Of a stretch of DNA of 64,000 nucleotides, positions 54,078-64,000 are shown piece by piece. The notes below the pieces were generated by a model, which saw nothing but the letters and a program-made list of their open reading frames with translations, did no database searches and was not told where the DNA came from. Every line of letters begins with the position of its first letter. Position 1 is the stretch's first letter. Origin of the DNA: Octopus vulgaris (Eukaryota); the NCBI GenBank assembly GCA_951406725.2, contig OX597823.1:93062001-93126000 (forward strand). Direction: 5' to 3'. The translations under genes and the position numbers were made by a program.

Positions 54078-54371
54078 CGTGGCCTTCCGTCAGTTTCGAC
54101 GACGAGGGTTTCAGTTGATCCTATCAACAGAACAGCCTACTCGTGAAATTGCTGTGCAAGTAGTTGAGCACTCCACATTCACGTGTACCCCTAAGGTAGT
54201 TCTCGTGAAAGAGTACATCAGGGTTCGCCACCACCCAGTACCGGGGTCTCGTGTGTGGAGCTTTCGGTGTTTTCGCTTAATAAACACTCACAACGCCCAA
54301 TCTGGGAATCGAAACCGCGATCCTACGAGCGCGAGTCCGCTGCCCAAACCATTGGGCCATTGCGCCTCCAC
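54078..54371 (-). mobile_element. SINE family C copy (tail type of 16650-17037, internal deletion)
   Basis: Shares head and CGACGACGAGGG..TTGATCC..CAGCCT.CTCGTGAAATT tail. Confidence 0.85.
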
Positions 54372-55870
54372 TACGACACATATACACAGCAACTTAAAAA
54401 CAGCATCACACAAACGTACAGGAGGGTAGCCTCTCAAGCTTATGGCAGCATTAACTATGTGGACAAGAATATAGCGATTCAGCTAGGTATAGAGGAGAGG
54501 GTAGAAACACTTGAAAAGAAAAAGCCTTTATTACTCTCAAGGACCATAAACCAAACTTTGCTTGTAACCTCAAGTGCAGATTGATATACTCTGCAAATTC
54601 TGATTTCGGACAAGCGAGCAAAAAGCTGATCAGGAAGATCAATAACGGCGTTAGAAGTGATCCTAGCCTTGTCCGTTGGCATAACACCAGCCAGGATGTA
54701 ACATGATTTTATATCAATTGCGGAAGTGGTAGTTCGGTTCACTCCATTCTTTGTATTGAACCTTTAACCATCTATATCGAAGGAGCTCCTTTTTAAGGCA
54801 CTGGACTTCGCAATGTCCTACACTGAAGTTAGGGACGAGGGCATACATATTATCATGCACGCTAGAGGAACTCTACTCTTTAGTAAGGCGTTGGCCTCGG
54901 CCAAACGAACGGACCCAGAAAGTTCCTTCGAGATGGTAATGAGGACATACGATCTTCATCCTAATTTTACTCAAAAAGAAGTTTACTTCACCAAAATTTA
55001 GTCTCTACAAGGATGATGCACTGGCAATATCAAGAGGGGAAAATAGCCACACGCAACATAATGTTAGAAAGGACCTCACCACTCCCATGAATTCCTTCGG
55101 ACTGAAGAAACCAAACAGTAAACGATAGAAACCAAACTGAAAACCGTGGATTTCTTTAATGTGACTCTGGACTTGGAGCCAAATGAGAAGACATCATCAA
55201 TTAACACAGGTTCCTGTCATCCAGTTATAGTTTTCAAGAACCTGGCGAAGAGCGTCAGCAGAGGTATTTCCAAGTAATCCTCAAGTAAAGATATCTTTTA
55301 TCCTGCCACCCTGCACCACATTGAGACTCTGACTTCCAGTGGTTTCAAGGATAGAATTAGGTATATGCAAGGCCCTAACCCCTCAAAGAGAAGGCCTCAC
55401 CAGAAAGTGTTGTGGTTCACACGACACTTCTTTTTAAGTGTTAAAAGCCGAGTAGTTTAGATTTTTCTTAAGTTAGTAGAAAAGCACTTCCCCCGTACAA
55501 ATAGGTTCAGCAAAATATTTAATAGATGCACTCTGAAAATTTCCGGTAGCTGTGCACCTAATGTAGTAGGAAGGCCCACGTTTGAGACAGAGGCTGGATG
55601 CTCATGTGGTGGTAACACTACACCTCTATTGAACGGTCACTATAACAGGAAGACTGTCGTATACAACGCAGAGGTAACAACACTAGGACCAAATGGGCAA
55701 CCAAATGAGTAGCCAAATGTGCGACAATACGTGGAAGCAACAAGTCCACCTTCAACATCTCGGAGAGACGTTACGCCAGAACTCTGGCCAAGCACGTATG
55801 GTCGTTGGAAGAAATTGCTGCCGAGCACAGCATGAAGTGGATGATTCTAGGAAAATGTAAAGCGCCTACA
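54372..55870 (+). pseudogene. degenerate Penelope-like element (RT + probable GIY-YIG endonuclease)
   Basis: Across frames: KAFITLKDHKPNF..KCRLI, SISKELLFKALDFA, IIMHARGTLLF, LYKDDALAI (RT active site), VDFFNVTLDL, NTGSCHP, TVVYNAEV, HKSTFN, LAKHVWSL. Confidence 0.75.
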
Positions 55871-56355
55871 TACATACATGCATACATACATACATATATT
55901 CTTACATACATACTGACATATATATAAGCTTGCATACATACATATATGCTTACATACATTCACACGTACATACGTAAATATGTACATCATTATACAAGTG
56001 CACGCATTGCGTGTTGTAATGTTTTTGATAATGCGTGTAGGTAACGATTGTTAAAATAAGGGGAAACCTTATATCGAAATTCACGCGTGCACGCATGCAC
56101 CCATACGCACACACAACATAACACGCATACACTTCTATTACCGATAGTATCAACACAAAAACCATTACGTCCATCATCACCACCAATTACAACAACAACT
56201 ACAGCAACAGCAACGTGACCGTCACAACCACCTATACGAATAATATATATATCTATATGTATATATATATACACACATGTGTGTGCATTAAAAGGGGGAA
56301 ATTGATGCAAACATTGAAATAGCTTTAGCGTCAATATGTATACATATATATACAT

Positions 56356-56492
<137 letters not shown>

Positions 56493-56545
56493 TATATGTA
56501 TGTATATATATATGTGTATCTATATATATGTACATATATATATAC

Positions 56546-56614
<69 letters not shown>

Positions 56615-56854
56615 TATATTATATATATATATGTATATATTATATAAATATATATATACACACACACACACCAGATTGTTGGCACATGCATAGGTTTGGA
56701 GGTTCGTGAAAATCATTTCATTTATATTCTTTGCCGCGTTATGTAATTACGCTTGGGAGTTGAGTTTATGAAAGTAAGACCAAATGTTAATTTATTTCCT
56801 TCTCCTTCCTATTAACTCCTCCACCTTCAGCGAAACCCACATCACATCCCTTTC

Positions 56855-57169
56855 TCTACCATCATCATCATCACGATCGCAATGATCACGACGCTAACAT
56901 CGCAAATTGAGCGCCGCCGACACAACACCGCATGCCGTACCGCAACCTCCACCATTACTACCACCACCACCACCACCACCACTGCTGCCATTACCACATG
57001 CACCACCACCAGCTCGGTATACAAATATCTCCTGCTTTATGCCATTTCATTAAAATAAAAAAAAAATGAAGGCTATATGCTAATATCGCATTAGCCGTCA
57101 TTTCCACCGACGATGACGTCGCCACAATACGTATCGTGATGATGACGAGAACGACAGCGATGATAATGA

Positions 57170-57203
<34 letters not shown>

Positions 57204-57301
57204 GGTGGTGGTGATGACGATGACGACGGCATGATAATGGTGATGTTGAAGATAGTGGTCTTGGTGATGATGAAGACGAGCAGCAACAGCTACAGCAGTG
57301 A

Positions 57302-57332
<31 letters not shown>

Positions 57333-57604
57333 GTTAATAGTAGTAGGGGTAGTAGCAGTAGTAGTAGTAGTAGTGTGAGTGGTGGTGGTAATATTATAAG
57401 TAGTGACGGTTGAAGTAGTAGTAGTAGTGATGGTGGTGGTGCTGGTAGTGGTGGTTGTGGTAGTGGTGGTGGTGGTTGTAGTAGTAGTAGTACTGGCGGT
57501 GTTGGTGCTGTGGTGGTTGTGGTGGTGGTGGCGGTGGTAGTAGTAGTAGCGGTAGTAGTATAGCAGCAGCAACAGCAACAGCAGCAGCTGTATTAATAGT
57601 AGTA

Positions 57605-57674
<70 letters not shown>

Positions 57675-57700
57675 GGTAGTGGTGGTGGTGGTGGCGGTAA

Positions 57701-57764
<64 letters not shown>

Positions 57765-57792
57765 TGTAGTTGTAGTAGTAGTAGTTGTAGTT

Positions 57793-57827
<35 letters not shown>

Positions 57828-57834
57828 GGTGATG

Positions 57835-57888
<54 letters not shown>

Positions 57889-57918
57889 ACAGCAGCAGCA
57901 GCAGCAACAGCAGCAACA
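56855..57918. repeat. compound trinucleotide low-complexity region (GTA/GTG/GAT/GCA)
   Basis: Direct reading; homopolymeric ORFs in all frames. Confidence 0.95.
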
Positions 57919-58139
57919 ATCCAGTGAAAGAGGTTAGGAAATAAGGTGAAAACGAACAAAAGCGACGGAGTAAAACATTTCTAGAAAATAACAAATGCTT
58001 CCCCGTTTCATATTTTCTGAATATTACCGAAATCCTATGAATGGTGCATTGTTGTGCTAATCCGTTCCATCATGAGCACAAAATTACCACATATTCACTC
58101 GTACATATATACTTACATACATACATATATAAATACATG

Positions 58140-58185
<46 letters not shown>

Positions 58186-58195
58186 CATATATATA

Positions 58196-58241
<46 letters not shown>

Positions 58242-58280
58242 TACATACATATAAATATATACATATATATGTATGTATGC

Positions 58281-58329
<49 letters not shown>

Positions 58330-58358
58330 TATGTATATATATATATATATATGCATAG

Positions 58359-58392
<34 letters not shown>

Positions 58393-58393
58393 G

Positions 58394-58461
<68 letters not shown>

Positions 58462-59364
58462 TGTATGTATATTTGCATATGTGTGGTGAAAAGCTTTTCT
58501 TTTATCCATATTTCATTAAGTACATGACGGTGTTCAAGATTTATCGTTCTTGTTTTATATATTTCTCATATTTTCTTATTTTCCTTTTAAGAGTTGGTTT
58601 CGAACAGTATATCCGCCATTTCTAGACCTTCATAGTTTTATTATCAAGAAACGAACTGAATATATTTGCCGTATGTGTTGCTCCTTATACACTGATTGAA
58701 TTCGTGTAGACTACGAACACGCATGCTCATACACGTGCGCGCACAAACACATTCACACGTTCACAGACACATAAACTGATTTAGAAATTACAGAACTGTA
58801 TATATGTACCCGCATATTCATGATGCTAAACTTCATCTGTACAAAGGTTTTCAACGCGAGCGCCGTTTTTAACATATCTATGATACAAATATGAAAGATC
58901 CAGCGTAACTCTACTCGCATTAAATAATTTTGCATAAACTACGCCATCATTTCACAAAACTAAATAGACAAAAAACACCCAATGTCACTATAAATGCCTC
59001 GCTTTCATTGCTACAGAGATCCACTACTACAGACATAGATGCAGAGTAACCGAAACCCACTCATGTATCCTGAGGTGTGTTTTGGCCGATTATCCCTTAG
59101 AATATTTGAGACACATTCACTATGTCGTTTTGACTCTCTGTTAACTAATGATCTTCAATCCAAGCGATGAATTAAGGCAAGTAACTTCTCGTACTGATAG
59201 AGATACTGATGGAGACATACTTGCTAGAATGTACACAATATGCAAATGAGATGTGGTGGAAATGTAATATCCTGCAGAAACGGAAGAAAACATGTTGAAT
59301 AATATAGGAAAATGGAAAAAGTTGTAACGTCATCAGCATGATATATATATATATATATATATAT

Positions 59365-59396
<32 letters not shown>

Positions 59397-59904
59397 TGAG
59401 AGAGATTGGGGAGAGAGACAGATAGAAAAAGATAGATAGATAGATAGATAGATAGACAGATAGATAGATAGATATGTTTCTTTATTAGCCACACAGGGCT
59501 GCACACAGATAGAACAAATTACAAGATAGAGCTTTTCTTTTGAAGGTTTAAAAAAAAAAAGGAAGGGGGAGTTTCGATCAAAAGGGATTGTAAAAGGAGA
59601 GAAAGAGGACAAAAAAAAGGGGGGTTAAAAAAAAAGGGGGGAGAGGAAAAAAAAATTGATCAATAGGGATCGTTATCACAGAAATGTCAATATGAAGTGT
59701 AAAGGGGAGGACAGGTGAGGTTTACCCGTGGAAAGAAAAGCCTACGGAAAAGACCACGGTAACCTCGGTCAATTGAGTCACATGTTATATTTCTTTTTTT
59801 TTTTTTTTTTTTTGCAAATAAGCAACTCTCTGTTTTCAATTTCTGGGTTCATAGGATCATGCTCAAGGTGGCTTCGTCATTCATACGTGCCATTCTTGCT
59901 ACAT

Positions 59905-62900
59905 TCACCCATCTTTTTTAAAACATTCGCTAGACAAAACTTGCCTCTCTACTCTCACTTTCCTTTTCAAGTGGTACTTGAAGAAGTTGATGAGAGATTG
60001 ACCAGAGAGGAAAGTGTTTGTCTCCAATCCTTTCAGACGCGTCCACCAGATACATTCTTTCGCCATAGCCACAAGGATGATGAAAATAGCTCTTCCTTCC
60101 CGTTTGAAGGAAGGAGGCGTGACAATATTGACGATAGACTCAGCTGATAAACCGAGTCGTCCCACACGTGACAGCAGTTGTTCGACACAAGCCCACAGGT
60201 CGGAAATTGTTGGACACTGCACGAGTGCGTGCAGAACGGTTTCGTCGCTCTGACCGCATCTCGGGCAGGCCGGCCCCGTATTTCTCGAGCCGTGTCTGTA
60301 GAGCTTATCCCGAACGGGTAGCGCTTCTCGGTAGCACTGCCAGGCCAGGGATCTCTGGAAGTTGTCCATGGACCCTGGCCCGAAAGTCGTCCTGAACAGG
60401 CGGGTCAGGTACTCCTCGTCGACGTCCAGGTTCGCCCCGAGCTCGTCGTCGTACCTCCCCTCCACTAAACCCCTATAGAATGCTTTGGTTGTGTTGAAGT
60501 CACTCAAGGTCGACCCAGGACGGCAGAGTTGCTTGAGAGCAACGTGACACTCGCGGTGCCATTCGCCCTTCTTCGGCCTCTTTTTGATCCACGACTGCAG
60601 TTCGGTCTTGGAGACGAGCTGCGGGAAAGCGTTCCTCACAAACGGCGACCACACCTGTTCACCGTCGTCTACATAGAGCCAGAGATGTCGCAGTCTCAGC
60701 GCGTGTCTGCGCATCATCAACCACGGCATGCCCAGCCCTCCTTTTAACGGGTGTTGACAGCAAATGGATCGCCTGACCATCGGGACGCATCCTTTCCACA
60801 AGAAGCGACAGAGAATGCGTTGTAGTTTGGTGATGGTAGGGTCGGGACAAGGTACGACAGTCAGGCGGTAGTAGATGACGGACGCGATGTACGTGTTCGC
60901 CACCTCCGCCCGACCTTTTAGGGACAGTTTCCTCTCGGCCCATTGCCGGGCGAGAGTGACCACCCTACGCGTTATCTCGTTCCAGTTCTTCTCCACTTGG
61001 AGGTCCGGACCAAACCAGACCCCGAGCAACTCAACCGGGCCGTCGGTCCAGCGTGCCACGACGGAGGCGCTGGTGGACGGCATGGGCTTGCTTCTCCAGG
61101 TGCCTAGTCGCAAGCCCACTGACTTTTCCCGGTTGATTTTCGCTCCTGTCACCGCTTCGTAGTTTTTCAGTGTCTCGCCGACCTGCTCGATGTGCTCGTG
61201 GCTAGACACTATGACGGTGACGTCGTCCGCGTATGCAGACACGCTCGTCCCGCATCCCAGTTCTCGCGGGATGCCTCTCAAGGTTGCCAGCTTCCGCAAT
61301 AATGGCTCGAGAGTCAATACGTATAGAAGCGACGAGAGGGGGCATCCCTGACGGACCGAACGTGCGATGTCGAAGGGTCTCGATAGATGTCCATTCACGC
61401 GAATTACCGAACGGATGCCTCTGTACAAAGCGGCTATCCAGCCGCGGAAGACGGGACCGAAGCCAGCCGCTCCGAGGACCGCCTGCAAGTATCGATGGTC
61501 CACCCTATCGAAACCTTTCGATTGATCCAAATTGATCAGCGCCCCACCCATGCCAGGTTCGTTAACTACCCTGTCTATGATGTAGCGCATCAAGTGGAGG
61601 TTGTCATGGATGGTCCGGTCTGGCACGGCGCATGTTTGCGCCCTGTCGACCAGTTTCTCGATGACAAGCGCCAACCTCTTGGCTAGCACCTTGGCCAAAA
61701 TTTTCAAGTCTGCATTAAGCAGAGTGATGGGCCTAAAGTTATCTATTACATTTCCCTTGTTTAGATCTTTCTTCAGCAGTGTTACGGCTCCTCGGCTCAC
61801 AAAACCAGGAATGCTCCCGTTTTGCTGCCAGTTGCAATACACCGCCGCCAAGAGATCTCCAAACAAGTCTGGCATACAATTGTAAAGCTCGTAGGGTAGA
61901 CCATCCAAACCCGGTGATTTGTCCCCCGAGCATTCTGCCATCGCTTCCTGCACTTCCGCCGCCGTGATGGAACCTTCGCAGCACCCTGCCTTTCTTGTCG
62001 AGAGTTGTGGTAGGCTATGTAGGTAGGCACTGAAGTCCACCCTACGTTCTTGCCCTCCACTCGTTCCGAACAGTCGGGCAAAATGCTGCTGAAAGGCCTC
62101 ACACATTTTACTTGGCTCGAGCAATTCGCGCCCCTGTTCATCTACCAGGGACCGAATGGTGGCTTTGTTGCCCTGTTGCGCCTCTACCACCCGGGCCTCT
62201 CTCGCGGCTCCAACACCTTCGTTCCTTAGAGCACGCATCCTAGCTCTGACAGCACATCCTTCGTGTTTGGCGTTGAAGTGTTGGTCGAGGGCCAACCTCG
62301 CCGCCATAACGTCGGATGCGATGCCGCTTCTAATTGCCTCTTCTAGCTTCTTAACTAGCTCACCCTCTACTCTATTTCTATCTATGGCTAGTGCTTTGCT
62401 GTACCTAATCGCTTCTGCTTTTACTGCTCTCTTGAGAGCAAACCACCATTTGTTGTTGATGATGGCTCCCGTCAAAGCCCTCTTTACTAGTGTGCTAATC
62501 CGGTCTCTGAAAACCTGTCTCGATGGGAAAGACGCGTTTAGTTTCCAGTATCCGGGACCCTGCCTAAGTGTCTTACCTAAGTCTAGCGTACATGTCACAA
62601 GTTTGTGATCCGTGTAGCTGACTATGTGGAATTGTGGACATCCTATGCTATCTCTGTCTACTGTCCTACACAGTATCCTATCTAGATACGATCTCGACGA
62701 CCCGATGCGGTTGCTCCATGTCCACGTTGGCGCATTCGAGTGGTCTAGTCGGAACCTGTCAGACAGTTGAAAGCGTCTGAGCAGGTCTCTGAGGCATTTG
62801 CATCCCCGTCTATTCCTATATCTACCCACGTAGTCTACATGCGTGTCCAAGGTAGCATTCCAATCCCCCATTAAGCGTAAAGGACGAGACGTTCCCAAGA

Positions 62901-63285
62901 ATACTTCTAGACGTTGAAAGAAATCCACCCGACCTGTTAAGGGCGGTGCGTAGACTGATACGAGTCGAAAAGCGCACCCATTGCTGCCGTCGACATCCAG
63001 GACGACCAGTCTACCCTCCGGGTCTACGAATATTGTCCTTACTTTGAGATCCAGACTCTTGTGAAAAAGTACCGCGGTGCCACTACCGCCCATTCTCGGC
63101 AGACAGGGGGAAAAATAAATGTTGAACTGTCCGCCAAACATGGTCTTTAGGGCCCGCGGATTGTGGAGTCTGGTCTCACTTATGGCTATGATTTCTAACT
63201 TATGTGACTTTATGTCATTTAAGAGGTACCCTTGTTTCCAAGGGGACCCCAAGCCACGCGCATTTACACAACCAATCTTGATCAT
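59905..63285 (-). CDS. Tx1-like ORF2: APE endonuclease, reverse transcriptase, C-terminal CCHC (zf-RVT), 1126 aa uninterrupted
   Basis: VNARGL, ISETR, VYAP, GDWNA, YLDRI, TDHK, PGYWKLNAS, KSPGLDGLP, FRPITLLNADLKILAK, VRQGCPLS, YADD, GGLG, CPRC..ETVLHALVQC. Confidence 0.95.
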   Translation of the reverse strand: MIKIGCVNARGLGSPWKQGYLLNDIKSHKLEIIAISETRLHNPRALKTMFGGQFNIYFSPCLPRMGGSGTAVLFHKSLDLKVRTIFVDPEGRLVVLDVDGSNGCAFRLVSVYAPPLTGRVDFFQRLEVFLGTSRPLRLMGDWNATLDTHVDYVGRYRNRRGCKCLRDLLRRFQLSDRFRLDHSNAPTWTWSNRIGSSRSYLDRILCRTVDRDSIGCPQFHIVSYTDHKLVTCTLDLGKTLRQGPGYWKLNASFPSRQVFRDRISTLVKRALTGAIINNKWWFALKRAVKAEAIRYSKALAIDRNRVEGELVKKLEEAIRSGIASDVMAARLALDQHFNAKHEGCAVRARMRALRNEGVGAAREARVVEAQQGNKATIRSLVDEQGRELLEPSKMCEAFQQHFARLFGTSGGQERRVDFSAYLHSLPQLSTRKAGCCEGSITAAEVQEAMAECSGDKSPGLDGLPYELYNCMPDLFGDLLAAVYCNWQQNGSIPGFVSRGAVTLLKKDLNKGNVIDNFRPITLLNADLKILAKVLAKRLALVIEKLVDRAQTCAVPDRTIHDNLHLMRYIIDRVVNEPGMGGALINLDQSKGFDRVDHRYLQAVLGAAGFGPVFRGWIAALYRGIRSVIRVNGHLSRPFDIARSVRQGCPLSSLLYVLTLEPLLRKLATLRGIPRELGCGTSVSAYADDVTVIVSSHEHIEQVGETLKNYEAVTGAKINREKSVGLRLGTWRSKPMPSTSASVVARWTDGPVELLGVWFGPDLQVEKNWNEITRRVVTLARQWAERKLSLKGRAEVANTYIASVIYYRLTVVPCPDPTITKLQRILCRFLWKGCVPMVRRSICCQHPLKGGLGMPWLMMRRHALRLRHLWLYVDDGEQVWSPFVRNAFPQLVSKTELQSWIKKRPKKGEWHRECHVALKQLCRPGSTLSDFNTTKAFYRGLVEGRYDDELGANLDVDEEYLTRLFRTTFGPGSMDNFQRSLAWQCYREALPVRDKLYRHGSRNTGPACPRCGQSDETVLHALVQCPTISDLWACVEQLLSRVGRLGLSAESIVNIVTPPSFKREGRAIFIILVAMAKECIWWTRLKGLETNTFLSGQSLINFFKYHLKRKVRVERQVLSSECFKKDG

Positions 63286-63297
63286 AGTCCTAATGAA

Positions 63298-63711
63298 TTA
63301 GAATACAAGTGAAAGGAACAGAGGGTTACTTACTGCTCGAAAGTTTTTGCTTTCTCCTCCTTTGGTTTGTCCTCGAGGAGATCCCAGTACAGTTTCTTTG
63401 TGAGATATTTTTTGGCATTTACCAACCGCGCTGGGGAAAATGCTTTTGAGTGTGTGGTGCAGACTTTTGGAGATGTGTAATATTTTGATGTGGTCTGGTG
63501 GTGTTGTGTATGGGTGATTGTTTGTTTTTATGTCCTCTGTTATGTTTGTTTTTGATTGGATATATTCCATCAAATTTGTGTTTTTGGTGTCTATAGCTGT
63601 GAGCATGTTTGCTGTATATATTTTTGTGGTGTTGGTGTGGCTGTTGTTTTGCGTTGGGTTTTGAAATGTCTTCGTGAGATGTATTTCCCCCTGCTTTGTT
63701 CGTGTTTGCAT
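63298..63711 (-). CDS. probable C-terminal part of the LINE ORF1
   Basis: Same strand as ORF2 and ends 12 bp upstream of its ATG. T/N/K-rich, no domain recognised. Confidence 0.45.
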   Translation of the reverse strand: MQTRTKQGEIHLTKTFQNPTQNNSHTNTTKIYTANMLTAIDTKNTNLMEYIQSKTNITEDIKTNNHPYTTPPDHIKILHISKSLHHTLKSIFPSAVGKCQKISHKETVLGSPRGQTKGGESKNFRAVSNPLFLSLVF

Positions 63712-64000
63712 TTGGTTTGGTTGTGTTTCTGCTCTTTATTTTCCTTCTTTTTGTAGCTATTTGCCATTCCTCACTGGTTTCGTCTTCCGACGAAATTTCT
63801 GAGGAATCAGTAGGGGGTAGGGGTATGTTGTGGGCTTCTATGTATGTCTGTGTAAGTGGTTGTGTTGTTGTTTTCGTTGTTGTTGGTTGTTGAGTGTTTG
63901 TGTGTGTTGAGTGCGGTATAAGGGATGGGGGATCAGTTTGTGTGAGTTTTCTTTGTTTTTCTGTTCCTTTGGGTTTTGCTGTTGTTGGTGGTGTTGGTAT

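Larger units (their letters stand above)
59476..64000 (-). mobile_element. Tx1/L1-clade LINE, 3' end abutting (TATC)n; 5' part runs out of the window
   Basis: ORF2 59905-63285, ~370-bp 3'UTR ending AGCCCTGTGTGGCTAATAAAGAAAC, upstream ORF1-like region. Confidence 0.92.

Noticed and set aside
56991-57959. 322-aa poly-Thr 'mucin-like' ORF
   Set aside because: Compound trinucleotide repeat; other frames give poly-Leu/Val; no splice or domain support.
60014-62608. Plus-strand ORFs antisense to the Tx1 ORF2, and likewise 31188-34735 antisense to the CR1/L2 LINE
   Set aside because: Shadow ORFs of GC-richer coding sequence; no motifs.

Overview
AT-rich, microsatellite-saturated eukaryotic non-genic DNA. 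The SINE families and (TA)n/(GATA)n/(CATA)n density suggest an octopus/cephalopod genome (inference). No host protein-coding exon was recognised, and nearly all ORFs in the track are translated simple repeats. Real content is mobile DNA: a degenerate full-length CR1/L2-group LINE (31.1-36.3 kb), a Tx1/L1-clade LINE with an almost intact ORF2 (59.5-64 kb), a DD34E Tc1 transposon with IR/DR ends, a Penelope-like (PLE) relic, fragments of restriction-like-endonuclease (RLE) LINEs, a short Helitron, MITEs and at least three tRNA-derived SINE families. Most notable: (1) two adjacent, divergently oriented, non-coding tandem arrays (585-bp and 474-bp units, 28.2-30.6 kb), each unit carrying a type I hammerhead ribozyme. 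One array starts at the predicted cleavage site and both end at a shared 3' motif, a retrozyme/PLE-satellite-like system; further solitary and fold-back hammerheads occur elsewhere. (2) Two SINE-LINE 3'-tail partnerships, including a SINE with a Tx1-like tail that builds tandem arrays at a fixed internal site. Coordinates were read by eye and may be off by a few bases.
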